NCBI GenBank assembly: GCA_040384805.1
Contig: JAZKIP010000009.1
Span: 1,490-65,489, forward strand
Reading direction: 5' to 3'
DNA from: Patescibacteria group bacterium
Lineage (GTDB): Bacteria > Patescibacteriota > Minisyncoccia > Phycocordibacterales > UBA9973
DNA length: 64,000 nucleotides
The notes beneath the pieces are model-generated. The model saw only the letters and a program-made list of their open reading frames with translations. It was not told the origin of the DNA and ran no database searches. Both the position numbers and the translations under genes were made by a program. Positions 46,392 to 56,435 of this stretch are shown in pieces; position 1 is the stretch's first letter; each line of letters starts with the position of its first letter.

Positions 46392-47163
46392 GAAACCGTG
46401 TGTCATGATCCTTTCGGGATACGGCATCAACTGCGAAGAGGAAACAAAATTCGCTTTCGAATCTGTAGGCGGCGCGGCCGACATTATCCACATCAACGAT
46501 CTTATTGATGATCCGGCATTATTTTCGAAATACCACATCCTTGCATTTCCGGGAGGGTTCTCGTATGGGGATGATACAGGATCGGGAAAGGCCTTTGCCA
46601 ATAAAATGAAGAATCATCTCGGGAAAGAACTCAAGGAGTTCGTCAGTCGCGACACGCTTGTTATCGGCATCTGTAATGGATTCCAGATTATTACGAATCT
46701 CGGCCTTCTGCCGGGAGCACTGGTACACAATAAAGGGGGCCTTTATATCGACCGTTGGGTTGATCTTGAAACAAAAGAAAATAAAAGCCCATGGCTTTCC
46801 GGTATAGAAAAGATTTCCCTCCCGATCGCCCATGGCGAAGGACGCTATGTTGTTGGTACTGATGAATATAAGGCGATGAAAAAAAGGGGAGACATAGCCT
46901 TTTCTTATACGAAAGGAGAAATATGCGATTATCAGAATCTCGAGGCCAATCCGAACGGCGCCATGCATGACATCGCGGGCATCCTCGGCTATAATGGAAG
47001 AGTCTTAGGGCTCATGCCTCATCCGGAAAGGGCACTTTTCTTCCATCATCGCCCCGATTGGCAGTTACGCAACGAAGTTCTTAAGAGGAAAGGGAAGAAA
47101 ATGGAAAAAGAAGGAGCAGGAATTGTCTTATTCAAAAACGCAGTTAAATACTTTAAAAAATAA
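46366..47163 (+). CDS. purQ: phosphoribosylformylglycinamidine synthase I (glutamine amidotransferase)
   Basis: GICNGFQ nucleophile Cys and HPE triad context. Confidence 0.9.
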   Translation: MKKETLKIKKPCVMILSGYGINCEEETKFAFESVGGAADIIHINDLIDDPALFSKYHILAFPGGFSYGDDTGSGKAFANKMKNHLGKELKEFVSRDTLVIGICNGFQIITNLGLLPGALVHNKGGLYIDRWVDLETKENKSPWLSGIEKISLPIAHGEGRYVVGTDEYKAMKKRGDIAFSYTKGEICDYQNLEANPNGAMHDIAGILGYNGRVLGLMPHPERALFFHHRPDWQLRNEVLKRKGKKMEKEGAGIVLFKNAVKYFKK

Positions 47164-47174
47164 ATCAAGAATAC

Positions 47175-48572
47175 ATGGAGCATCTTAAAGAAAAGTGCGG
47201 TATTGTAGGACTGTACGGCAGAGATTTGCCATTGGCGAAGCTTGCCTTTTTCGGTCTCTTTGCCCTTCAGCACAGAGGACAGGAAGCATCGGGAATTACG
47301 ACGTCAGATGGCGTCTCTTTTTATAATCATAAGGGCGCAGGCCTCGTGTCAGCAGTTTACAGCGAAGAGGATATTGCGCGCCTAGCGGGCCATATCGGCA
47401 TCGGACATAACCGCTACTCAACATCAGGCGGCGGAGCGCTCTCTCATGCTCAGCCGGTCGTAACGGGAGATTTTTCATTTGCTCTTGCTCATAATGGCAA
47501 TCTGCCGAGTACGAAGGCCCTTGAGGAATTCCTTTCATCACATGGCGTTCTTGTTGCTGACAGGACCGATTCTGAACTTATCGCCGATGCCGTGTCATTT
47601 TACCTTTCTCAAAGCCTATCCCTTGAAGAAGCGATAGAAAAAGTCTTCCCGCTTTTAACGGGAGCATTCTCTCTTGTCATGATGACGCGCGAAAAACTCG
47701 TCGCAGTGCGGGATTCATACGGGATGAGGCCGCTTTGTCTGGGAACCATCGGCGATGGATATATGATCGCGTCGGAGACATGCGCGCTTAAAACTATCGG
47801 GGCGACTTTTCTACGAGAAGTTAATCCGGGCGAAATGATGGTGATCGACGATTCGGGTCTTAAAAGCGTAACGCTTGCGAATGCGACGCCGAAACATGAC
47901 ATATTTGAATACGTGTATTTCGCTCGGCCTGATAGCGTTCTTAACGGAAAGCTCGTTTACGAAGTCAGAAAGAATTTCGGCAAAAAATTGGCCGAAGAAT
48001 GCCTCCTTGATGTCGACTGCGTGGTGCCCGTGCCCGATACTGCAACGCCTGTTGCCGTCGGATATACCGAAAAGTCGGGAATCCCGCTTGAGCTTGCTCT
48101 TGTGAAGAACCGTTATGTCCATCGCACCTTTATCGAGCCTGACCAGAAATCCCGCCGCAACAGTGTCGCATTAAAGCTTGTGACATTGCCGGAAGTTCTT
48201 GCCGGCAAGAAGATTGCGGTGATCGACGATTCTATCGTCCGAGGGAACACGAGCAAGAAGCTCGTCGAGGCTCTTTTTGCCGCAGGTGCGGCCGAAGTGC
48301 ACTTCCTCGTCTCATCGCCCCCGGTGAAGTTCCCCGATTTTTACGGGATCGATACTCCAATGCAAAGCGAGCTTATCGCATCGCACAAGACAGTTGAGGA
48401 GATCAGGGAATTTCTCGGAGCAACATCGCTTCACTTCTTGTCTCTTGAAGGACTGATAGAGTCGATCGGATTGCCGGAAGAAGAGCTCTCGACGTCATTT
48501 TTCACCGGAGAGTACCCGATCGATATTTTGGAAAGAAAAGATGAAGTTAGCTACGATGTATCGCAGGAATAG
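47175..48572 (+). CDS. purF: amidophosphoribosyltransferase (with propeptide before the catalytic Cys)
   Basis: KCGIVG N-terminal nucleophile and PRTase domain VIDDSIVRGNTS. Confidence 0.93.
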   Translation: MEHLKEKCGIVGLYGRDLPLAKLAFFGLFALQHRGQEASGITTSDGVSFYNHKGAGLVSAVYSEEDIARLAGHIGIGHNRYSTSGGGALSHAQPVVTGDFSFALAHNGNLPSTKALEEFLSSHGVLVADRTDSELIADAVSFYLSQSLSLEEAIEKVFPLLTGAFSLVMMTREKLVAVRDSYGMRPLCLGTIGDGYMIASETCALKTIGATFLREVNPGEMMVIDDSGLKSVTLANATPKHDIFEYVYFARPDSVLNGKLVYEVRKNFGKKLAEECLLDVDCVVPVPDTATPVAVGYTEKSGIPLELALVKNRYVHRTFIEPDQKSRRNSVALKLVTLPEVLAGKKIAVIDDSIVRGNTSKKLVEALFAAGAAEVHFLVSSPPVKFPDFYGIDTPMQSELIASHKTVEEIREFLGATSLHFLSLEGLIESIGLPEEELSTSFFTGEYPIDILERKDEVSYDVSQE

Positions 48573-48598
48573 AAATCGTAGGGTATTGGAGCAAGCAT

Positions 48599-48686
48599 AG
48601 TCTTCGAGAAATAACTTGCGCAAGGGCGACGGTCCGAGCAGAGAAAAAATTCAGCAGAATTTTATTCGTGTATTTCGAGAAGAGCT
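48599..48686 (-). repeat. pur-cluster intergenic element, copy A (inverted orientation)
   Basis: Its reverse complement aligns with 52179..52270 and 54941..55030 (AGCTCTTCTCGAAAT...CTGCTCGGACCGTCG.CCT.GCAAG...ATTTCTCGAAGACT). Confidence 0.7.
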
Positions 48687-48712
48687 ATGCTTGTGGAAAG
48701 AATAAATAATAT

Positions 48713-49432
48713 ATGAAAATTGCATTATTAATTTCAGGGGGAGGAACGACGATGGAAGCGATCATCAAGGCGTGCAAGAACGGATCGCTTCTTGGGGTTG
48801 TCCCGGGGCTTATTATTTCAAGCACTCCTTCTGCGGGCGCAATAGAGAAAGCCAAAGCTCTTGGCATATCGCCCGATGACATTTTAATATTGAATCCCAA
48901 ATCATTTTCGTCTCAGGAGGAATTTGGGGAAGTTCTCATTGCTGAATGCAGGAAGAGAAATATCGATTTCATCGGCCAATACGGCTGGCTTATCAAAACT
49001 CCGGACATCGTCTGTGAAGCTTTTAAGGGGAGAATCGTTAATCAGCACCCTGGGCCTTTAGATAATGGCCGCCCTGATTTTGGAGGGCCCGGCATGTACG
49101 GCATGCGAGTACATCAGGCGCGACTTGAATTTGTTCGCAAAACCGGACATGATTTCTGGACCGAAGCGACCACTCATAGAGTGACATCTCATTTTGACAA
49201 AGGCAGAATTGTCAAAAGAAAGCAGATACCCATATTTCAGAATGACACAGCAGAAACTCTTCAAGCGCGCCTCTTGCCTGTCGAACACGAAGTCCAGATT
49301 GAAGCGCTCCGGGATTTTGCCAATAATACCGTTTCTGAGTTTACGCGGGAACACCCACTCGTTCTTGCGGACGAATTAGAGACTCTCGCAGAGTGCAAAG
49401 AAAATGCCCGTAAAGCGTACCCGAATGGGTGA
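48713..49432 (+). CDS. purN: phosphoribosylglycinamide formyltransferase
   Basis: IALLISGGGT and NQHPGPL motifs; insertion relative to canonical PurN. Confidence 0.85.
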   Translation: MKIALLISGGGTTMEAIIKACKNGSLLGVVPGLIISSTPSAGAIEKAKALGISPDDILILNPKSFSSQEEFGEVLIAECRKRNIDFIGQYGWLIKTPDIVCEAFKGRIVNQHPGPLDNGRPDFGGPGMYGMRVHQARLEFVRKTGHDFWTEATTHRVTSHFDKGRIVKRKQIPIFQNDTAETLQARLLPVEHEVQIEALRDFANNTVSEFTREHPLVLADELETLAECKENARKAYPNG

Positions 49433-49444
49433 TATACTAAAAAT

Positions 49445-50737
49445 ATGACAAAACAGAAAATCTTGATTATCGGTTCCGGCGGCCGCGAGCATGCCATCGG
49501 ATGGAAGATAAAGCAATCCGCGCGCTGCGGAGAGCTTTTCTTTGCGCCCGGTAATGCGGGAACGCTTGCACTCGGGACGAATATGGATATCAAGGCGACT
49601 GATATACTGGGGTTGATCGAATTTGTGAAATCGCAGAAGATCGATGTTACTCTCGCTATTCCTGATGATCCGCTTGCTCACGGGATCGTCGATGCGTTCC
49701 GTGCGGTCGGCTTGCGTATCTTCGGTCCTATGAAAGAAGCCGCACAGCTTGAATCATCGAAAGCATATGCGAAGTATTTTATGGAAACCCATAACTTGCC
49801 GACTGCGAAATTCAAGACATGCACCAGTTTTCCTGAAGCTGAGGAATATGTCAGAGAACAAACGTTTCCATTGGTTATAAAGGCAAGCGGACTTGCTTTG
49901 GGGAAAGGGGTTCTCATCTGCCATGATATGACCGAAGCTCTTGAAGCTCTCGACAGCATCTTGGTGAAAAAGATATTCGGAGATGCTGGAAGCGTCGTTG
50001 TCATAGAAGAATTTATGACAGGCCCCGAGGTCTCTATACACGCGTTTTCGGATGGAATTACATCGCAGCTTTTCCCCGCGTCGCAGGATCATAAAAGGAT
50101 CGGTGACGGGGATACAGGGCCGAATACCGGAGGAATGGGAACGATCGCCCCGCTCCCTTTCGTTAGGCAAGAGTGGATGGAAAAAATCAAGAAAGATATT
50201 GTCGAGCCGACAATCGAGGGAATGAAAACCATTAATGCTCCTTTTGAAGGAGTTCTGTATCCGGGGCTGATGCTTACTGCCGAGGGCCCCAAAATTCTCG
50301 AATACAATGCTCGGTTCGGCGATCCTGAAACGCAAACATATATGCGCCTGCTTGAGACTGATCTCATCGATATTGTTGATGCCTGTATCGACAAAAAATT
50401 ACATGAAATAGAGATTGTATGGAAAAATAGATCAGCGTGCACGGTTATTTGTGCATCAGAAGGCTATCCGGGTGTTTATGAAAAAGGAAAGGTAATTGCA
50501 GGGATACAAGACGCGGAAAGCCACGATGACATTGTCGTTTTCCATGCGGGAACTATCATGCACGAGGGAGAGCTTGTGACCAACGGCGGCCGGGTGCTCG
50601 GAGTAAGCGCGATCGGCGTAACTTTACATCAAGCGCTTGATAAAGCTTATAAAGCTATAGAGATGATTTCATTCGACGGGATGCAATACAGAAAGGATAT
50701 TGGCCAAAAGGCCCTTCAACAAAAATTATTAATATAA
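49445..50737 (+). CDS. purD: phosphoribosylamine--glycine ligase
   Basis: ILIIGSGGREHAIGWK and ATP-grasp core. Confidence 0.93.
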   Translation: MTKQKILIIGSGGREHAIGWKIKQSARCGELFFAPGNAGTLALGTNMDIKATDILGLIEFVKSQKIDVTLAIPDDPLAHGIVDAFRAVGLRIFGPMKEAAQLESSKAYAKYFMETHNLPTAKFKTCTSFPEAEEYVREQTFPLVIKASGLALGKGVLICHDMTEALEALDSILVKKIFGDAGSVVVIEEFMTGPEVSIHAFSDGITSQLFPASQDHKRIGDGDTGPNTGGMGTIAPLPFVRQEWMEKIKKDIVEPTIEGMKTINAPFEGVLYPGLMLTAEGPKILEYNARFGDPETQTYMRLLETDLIDIVDACIDKKLHEIEIVWKNRSACTVICASEGYPGVYEKGKVIAGIQDAESHDDIVVFHAGTIMHEGELVTNGGRVLGVSAIGVTLHQALDKAYKAIEMISFDGMQYRKDIGQKALQQKLLI

Positions 50738-50765
50738 TTGACATGCTATCTCTGTTTGTTATGCT
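50738..50765 (+). promoter_or_regulatory. promoter TTGACA-N16-TATGCT directly after the purD stop
   Basis: Consensus -35 and an acceptable -10 with a TG two bases upstream. Confidence 0.4.
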
Positions 50766-50792
50766 GTAAATATCACCAAAAGTTTCCAACTT

Positions 50793-50957
50793 ATGGACGA
50801 AAAAAAGGATGATGTGCCTGATCCTCAGGTAGGAAAAGGTACAAAAAATGTTATTTTAACCCCTAAAACTGGTGGTTCAAAGGAAACACCTATCGCTGAT
50901 AGACAAGATGATGCTGATGATAACGGGACAGGATGGGACGAACGCTGGGGAAAATAA
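50793..50957 (+). CDS. candidate 54-aa acidic small protein
   Basis: ATG..TAA ORF, below the ORF-track cutoff, bracketed by a promoter-like element and a hairpin+T terminator (50965..50995). Coding status unproven. Confidence 0.25.
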   Translation: MDEKKDDVPDPQVGKGTKNVILTPKTGGSKETPIADRQDDADDNGTGWDERWGK

Positions 50958-51033
50958 TATTTTAAATATAGAAAGTCCTCCTTGAGGGGACTTTTTTGTT
51001 GTTTCATCACTCCTCCTCTGCTACAGTTAGGAT

Positions 51034-52158
51034 ATGAAAACGATTGGAATCGCCGGCGGAGGACAGTTGGGGCGGATGCTTGCGGAAGCGGCGCAGCATC
51101 TCGGTTTTTCAGTCGCTATTCTTGATCCGACGGAAAAGTGTCCAGCAGCGGAATTTGCCGATACTCACATCGTTGGGAGTTTCAAAGACAAGGACAAGAT
51201 TCACGAGCTTGCCCGGATTTCTGACTATATAACGTTTGAGATCGAGTCCGCCAATGCCGAGGCTCTCGACGAGCTTGTCGCTTCGGGGAAGATCGTTCAT
51301 CCGTCGCCTGCGACTCTCCGTACTATAAAAGATAAGTTCGGACAGAAAGCATTTTTGCGTGATAATGATATTCCTGTAGCTGATTTTGCGCTTATTGAAA
51401 CGGAAGAAGACTGCAGAAAGCAGGGCGATATATTCGGCTATCCTTTTCTTCTGAAGGCTCGGTTCGATGCATACGACGGACGGGGGAACTGTGTCATTCG
51501 TAGCGAATCAGATATTGCAGATGCTTTTTCTGCGCTATCGAAGAGCCCACTTTATGCAGAGCGATTCGTACCATTCATAAAAGAGCTGTCGGTTGTTTCG
51601 GCGCGTGATACAAACGGCAGTATCGTTTCGTATCCTGTCGTTGAGACGATCCATAAAAACAATATCTGCCATATTGTTCGCTCTCCTGCGCCCGTTGATA
51701 GTGAAATTCAAAAAAACGCCGAGGCACTTGCTAGAAAAGTACTCGATGTTTTGGGCGGGGTCGGAGTGTTCGCCTGCGAAATGTTCCTGACAGCCGGGGG
51801 AGAAATTCTTATAAACGAAATCGCCCCGCGGGTTCACAATTCAGGCCATCATACGATAGAGGCGTTTACTGCCTCTCAATTCGAACAGCACATACGAGCT
51901 ATCACGGGCATGCCTCTTGTCATACCTGAATCTCTTTCACAGGCGGCCGTGATGATCAATATATTGGGCGAGCGGGATGCGCAAGCAGAGCTTTTTGGGA
52001 ACGATCAGGCTCTTGCCCTCGGTGGTGTCACGGTGCATATCTATGGTAAACTGCAGACACGAAAGGAGCGCAAGATGGGCCATATAACAGTACTTTCTGA
52101 CAGTATTGAAGAGGCCGAAAACAAAGCAATTGAAGCGCGCAAATTGATATCTATATAA
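51034..52158 (+). CDS. purK: N5-carboxyaminoimidazole ribonucleotide synthase
   Basis: ATP-grasp with IGIAGGGQLGRML N-terminus. Confidence 0.9.
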   Translation: MKTIGIAGGGQLGRMLAEAAQHLGFSVAILDPTEKCPAAEFADTHIVGSFKDKDKIHELARISDYITFEIESANAEALDELVASGKIVHPSPATLRTIKDKFGQKAFLRDNDIPVADFALIETEEDCRKQGDIFGYPFLLKARFDAYDGRGNCVIRSESDIADAFSALSKSPLYAERFVPFIKELSVVSARDTNGSIVSYPVVETIHKNNICHIVRSPAPVDSEIQKNAEALARKVLDVLGGVGVFACEMFLTAGGEILINEIAPRVHNSGHHTIEAFTASQFEQHIRAITGMPLVIPESLSQAAVMINILGERDAQAELFGNDQALALGGVTVHIYGKLQTRKERKMGHITVLSDSIEEAENKAIEARKLISI

Positions 52159-52178
52159 TTAAGTAGTCGTCAGAAAAT

Positions 52179-52270
52179 AGCTCTTTGCGGAATGCACGCA
52201 TAAAATTCTGCTCTATTTTTGCTCAGACTCGGACCGTCGTCCTCCGCAAGTCATTCCGCCAAGACTATTT
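52179..52270 (+). repeat. pur-cluster intergenic element, copy B
   Basis: About 75 percent identical to copy C and to the reverse complement of copy A. Confidence 0.7.
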
Positions 52271-52288
52271 TCTTCTGACCTTTAACGA

Positions 52289-52804
52289 ATGAAAAAACAA
52301 ACTCACATCGCAATTATCATGGGTTCGGATTCGGACCTTCCTGTTATGCAGGAAGCGGCACAGATGCTCGAGGATTTCGGCGTTGGATATGAAATAACCA
52401 TTGTATCCGCTCACCGCACTCCTGATGTTTTGGTGTCATATGCGACAAAAGCTCTCGGTCGCGGTATAAAAGTTATCATCGCAGGCGCAGGCGGGGCAGC
52501 GCATCTTCCCGGTATGACGGCATCGATGACGGTGCTTCCTGTGATCGGTGTGCCGATCAAGACGAAGACAATGGATGGCCTCGATTCTCTTTTATCAATC
52601 GTCCAGATGCCGCCCGGCGTTCCGGTTGCAACAGTCGCCGTCAACGGTGCGAAAAATGCCGCCCTCCTTGCTCTCCAGATGCTTGGTATCTCTGATAAAA
52701 AATTACAGAAAAAGATATCCGATTATAAAAAGAAAATGAATACTGACGTGAAAGGAAAAGCCAAGACATTATCTGCAAAGGGCTATAAGAAATATTTTGC
52801 ATAA
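52289..52804 (+). CDS. purE: N5-CAIR mutase
   Basis: [14 protein letters not shown] and [10 protein letters not shown] signatures. Confidence 0.93.
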   Translation: MKKQTHIAIIMGSDSDLPVMQEAAQMLEDFGVGYEITIVSAHRTPDVLVSYATKALGRGIKVIIAGAGGAAHLPGMTASMTVLPVIGVPIKTKTMDGLDSLLSIVQMPPGVPVATVAVNGAKNAALLALQMLGISDKKLQKKISDYKKKMNTDVKGKAKTLSAKGYKKYFA

Positions 52805-52805
52805 T

Positions 52806-53846
52806 ATGAGTGATCTTTACGCACAATCAGGAGTCAACATCGACGCAGGCAACGAATCGGTCAGCCGGATCAAGGCTCATGTTACCACGACGCACACAAG
52901 CGCGGTACTAACAGGGATCGGAAGCTTCGGCGCGCTCTATGATATCGGCGATGTTCTTAAGTCATATTCGCATCCGGTTCTTGTTCAGTCGATCGATGGC
53001 GTTGGCACAAAGCTCTCGGTTGCGCGCATGATGGGAAAATACGATACAGTGGGAGAAGATATTGTGAACCACTGCTGCGATGATCTTCTTGCTATGGGTG
53101 CGCGATCGCTTACGTTTCTTGACTATGTCGCCAACGACAAGCTTGATCCCGACGTTATGGAAGCCATGGTCAAAGGAATGTCTAAAGCATGCAAAGAAAA
53201 CGGAGTATCGCTCATCGGCGGGGAAACCGCCGAAATGCCGGGCGTCTATATGCCCGGCGAACACGATATTGCCGGGTGCATTACGGGCGTTGTGGAAAAA
53301 GACAGGATCATCACAGGAGAGAAGATAAAGGAGGGAGATATCATTCTCGGCTTCCCCTCATCAGGCCTTCATACGAACGGATTTTCTCTTGCCCGCAAAA
53401 TACTTTTCAGTATCGCGGGTCACACGACAGAGACTGTCGTCGATGAGCTTGGCGAAAGCGTAGGCGAAGCCCTTCTGAAAGTACATGTTAATTATTCGCG
53501 GCCTGTTCTTGAAATGCTTGATCAGGGTATCGACATCCGCGGGATCGCTCATATAACTGGTGGCGGATTCATTGAGAATATTCCACGCGTACTTCGCAAT
53601 GGTCTTGATGCTGAAATAAAAAAAGGATCATGGCCAATGCTTCCTATATTTCCGTATATGCAAAAAATGGGGAATGTCGACGAAAGCGAAATGTATCGCG
53701 TCTTTAATATGGGGGTAGGACTTGTCCTGATTGTACCTGAAAGCGAGAAAGGGAAAATTGAAGCAATTCTCAATAACTATTCGGAATTCAAAATATATGA
53801 AATCGGAAAAATTAGCCCGGGTGAAGGAAAAGTTGTCTTGAAATAA
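52806..53846 (+). CDS. purM: phosphoribosylformylglycinamidine cyclo-ligase (AIR synthetase)
   Basis: DGVGTKL and GGETAEMPG signatures. ATG 52806 directly after the purE stop. Confidence 0.93.
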   Translation: MSDLYAQSGVNIDAGNESVSRIKAHVTTTHTSAVLTGIGSFGALYDIGDVLKSYSHPVLVQSIDGVGTKLSVARMMGKYDTVGEDIVNHCCDDLLAMGARSLTFLDYVANDKLDPDVMEAMVKGMSKACKENGVSLIGGETAEMPGVYMPGEHDIAGCITGVVEKDRIITGEKIKEGDIILGFPSSGLHTNGFSLARKILFSIAGHTTETVVDELGESVGEALLKVHVNYSRPVLEMLDQGIDIRGIAHITGGGFIENIPRVLRNGLDAEIKKGSWPMLPIFPYMQKMGNVDESEMYRVFNMGVGLVLIVPESEKGKIEAILNNYSEFKIYEIGKISPGEGKVVLK

Positions 53847-53847
53847 T

Positions 53848-53974
53848 TGAATCCCGTTAGAGATGTGCCTCAATATATAATATGGTGTAAGATAAAATAA
53901 GATATAGGTTATATTATTAATAATACATAAATAAGAAATGGAAGATTTAAAAGGCTTCCTATCTCTAACGGGAT
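53848..53974 (+). other. 17-bp inverted repeat TGAATCCCGTTAGAGAT ... ATCTCTAACGGGATGAAT enclosing about 96 nt of AT-rich sequence; the right arm contains the purC start codon
   Basis: Arms at 53848..53864 and 53961..53974 seen directly. Confidence 0.6.
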
Positions 53975-54929
53975 GAATATCGAACTTATAAAAGACCATA
54001 TTAATGATGTCCTGATTGAAACGAATTTTGAAGACTTGGGAGAGAAAAAAGTTGGCAAGGTCAGAGATATTTATATTAATGATAAAAATATTATTCTTAT
54101 TGCAACCGACCGCCATTCGTCATTCGATCGCATTATCGCCCACGTGCCATTTAAGGGGGAAGTCCTCAACCAGATAAGCGCTTTCTGGTTCGAGAATACG
54201 AAGGATATCATTCCCAATCATGTCATCTCGATTCCCGACCCCAATGTTCTTGTTGCCCGAAAATGCACGCCTCTTCCGATCGAGGCGGTCGTCCGAGGAT
54301 ATATAACAGGAGTGACGGGCACATCGCTCTGGACGCATTACGAGAAAGGCAAACGCGACTTCGGAAATTTTATCCTTCCTGAAGGATTGGAGAAAAATCA
54401 GAAACTTTCTGAACCGGTTTTCACGCCGACCACCAAATCCGACGAGCATGACCGGCCAATCACACCCCGAGAGATCGTCGCCGAAGGGTTGTTAACGAAA
54501 GAAATGTGCGATGAAATCGAACGTGTTGCTAAAGCATTATTTACGCGTGGGCAGGAAATCGCTCTTTCGAGGGGACTCATACTTGTCGATACGAAGTATG
54601 AATTCGGTATCGATGACGAAGGGAAACTTGTTCTTATCGATGAGATCCATACGCCTGATTCCTCGCGCTACTGGAAAGCAGCTACATATGATGAGCGATT
54701 CAATGCTGAAGAGGAACCCGAATACTTCGACAAGGAATTCCTGCGCCTCTGGTTCAAGGACAACTGCGATCCGTATAATGATCCTGTGTTGCCCGAAGCG
54801 CCTCCTGAACTTGTGGCAGAACTGTCCCGCCGCTATATCGAGATCTATGAAACAATCACTGGCAAGGCATTCGAACATGATTTTTCTCAGCCTATTATTG
54901 AAAGGATACAAAATAATTTAAGGACATAA
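53973..54929 (+). CDS. purC: SAICAR synthetase (long form)
   Basis: GKVRDIY and LVLIDEIHTPDSSRYW signatures. Confidence 0.9.
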   Translation: MNIELIKDHINDVLIETNFEDLGEKKVGKVRDIYINDKNIILIATDRHSSFDRIIAHVPFKGEVLNQISAFWFENTKDIIPNHVISIPDPNVLVARKCTPLPIEAVVRGYITGVTGTSLWTHYEKGKRDFGNFILPEGLEKNQKLSEPVFTPTTKSDEHDRPITPREIVAEGLLTKEMCDEIERVAKALFTRGQEIALSRGLILVDTKYEFGIDDEGKLVLIDEIHTPDSSRYWKAATYDERFNAEEEPEYFDKEFLRLWFKDNCDPYNDPVLPEAPPELVAELSRRYIEIYETITGKAFEHDFSQPIIERIQNNLRT

Positions 54930-54940
54930 CTTCATAAAAC

Positions 54941-55030
54941 AGCTCTTCTCGAAATGTACACATAATTTCCTGCTGGAAATTTGCTCTGCTCGGCCCGTCG
55001 GTCTCCGCAAGACATTTCTCAAAGACTGTT
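54941..55030 (+). repeat. pur-cluster intergenic element, copy C
   Basis: Aligns with copies A (reverse complement) and B. Confidence 0.7.
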
Positions 55031-55054
55031 TTATTGTGTTATAGTCTAGTTTAG

Positions 55055-56422
55055 ATGATTAACGCTATAACTCCATTAGACGGACGCTATTACGAGAAAA
55101 CCAAGGCTCTTTCTCTGTATTTCTCGGAGTGGGCTCTCATGAAGTACCGTGTCATGGTTGAGTGTGAATTCTTCATATTCCTCTCCGAGTCCAAAATGAC
55201 AGATCTCCGAGCGTTGACCGCAGGCGAAGCTAAAAAAGTGCGTGAGCTTTATGAAAAGTTCGACGATGTATCATACAAAAAAATAAAGACATTCGAATCA
55301 ACGACGAATCATGATGTTAAAGCCGTGGAATATTTCCTGAAGGAATCTCTGAAAACGACGAGTCTGAAAAATGCGATCGAATGGATCCATTTCGGTCTCA
55401 CGTCCGAAGATACGAACAATTGCGCCCATGCCCTGATGCTCGGTCTCGGTATTAAGAATGTCATTTCTCCGGCTCTGAGAGATATTGGAAAATTCCTTCT
55501 AGATTCTGCAAAAGTTTACGCCGCGCTTCCGATGCTTGCCCGCACTCACGGTCAGAGCGCATCGCCGACAACGCTCGGGAAGGAATTCGCAGTCTTCGGC
55601 GCACGGCTTTCCCGCCAGATGAAGCAATTGAATAGTTATAAAATCCTGATGAAGCTTAACGGCGCAACAGGCAACTACAATGCTTTCGTTGCCGCATACC
55701 CGAAAGGAAAATGGGATATCTTTACGCGAAAATTCATTGCCCATCTCTCCAAAATTGTCGGGATACACTATGAGGCCAATCTGATTACGACCCAGATCGA
55801 GTCTCACGACACCTATGCTGAGCTTTTCGACACGATGCGTCGGATCAATACGATTCTCGTCGATTTTAATCAGGATATGTGGCGGTATATAAGCGACGGA
55901 TATATCACACAGAAGCCCAAGAAAGGAGAAGTCGGATCATCGACCATGCCGCACAAGATCAATCCAATCGACTTTGAGAACAGCGAAGGAAACCTCGGCC
56001 TTGCTAACGCGCTCTTTACATTCTTCTCCCAGAAATTGCCGATCTCGCGTCTTCAGCGCGATCTCTCGGACTCGACCGTTGAGCGGTCTTTCGGAACGGC
56101 ATTTGGATACTCATATGTAGCATACTTGTCTCTTTTGAAGGGCTTAGGCAAAATAAGCGTAAATGTTGATAAAATAAAGGATGATTTGCTATCGCACCCC
56201 GAGGTGGTCGCAGAGGCGATCCAGACGGTTCTCCGCCGTGAGGGGTATCCGATCCCGTACGAAGCGCTCAAGGAACTGACCCGCGGAAAAGAAATAACAA
56301 TGGACGGTTTCTTAAGATTCATCGACAACTTAAAGATATCTTCGAAGCTCAAGACGGAGCTTAAAAGATTTACTGCCGAGAATTACACGGGCATGGCGAA
56401 GAAAATTGCAATTATTAACTAA
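55055..56422 (+). CDS. purB: adenylosuccinate lyase
   Basis: Fumarate-lyase signature GSSTMPHKINPIDFEN. Confidence 0.93.
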   Translation: MINAITPLDGRYYEKTKALSLYFSEWALMKYRVMVECEFFIFLSESKMTDLRALTAGEAKKVRELYEKFDDVSYKKIKTFESTTNHDVKAVEYFLKESLKTTSLKNAIEWIHFGLTSEDTNNCAHALMLGLGIKNVISPALRDIGKFLLDSAKVYAALPMLARTHGQSASPTTLGKEFAVFGARLSRQMKQLNSYKILMKLNGATGNYNAFVAAYPKGKWDIFTRKFIAHLSKIVGIHYEANLITTQIESHDTYAELFDTMRRINTILVDFNQDMWRYISDGYITQKPKKGEVGSSTMPHKINPIDFENSEGNLGLANALFTFFSQKLPISRLQRDLSDSTVERSFGTAFGYSYVAYLSLLKGLGKISVNVDKIKDDLLSHPEVVAEAIQTVLRREGYPIPYEALKELTRGKEITMDGFLRFIDNLKISSKLKTELKRFTAENYTGMAKKIAIIN

Positions 56423-56435
56423 TCATATCCACTAT

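Noticed and set aside
52179-52270. ZTP/pfl or purine riboswitch upstream of purE/purB
   Set aside because: Conserved riboswitch blocks (GGGUCG..CCGGG..CCGACCGCCUGGGC, or the purine aptamer junction) are not present. One copy of the element is in inverted orientation.
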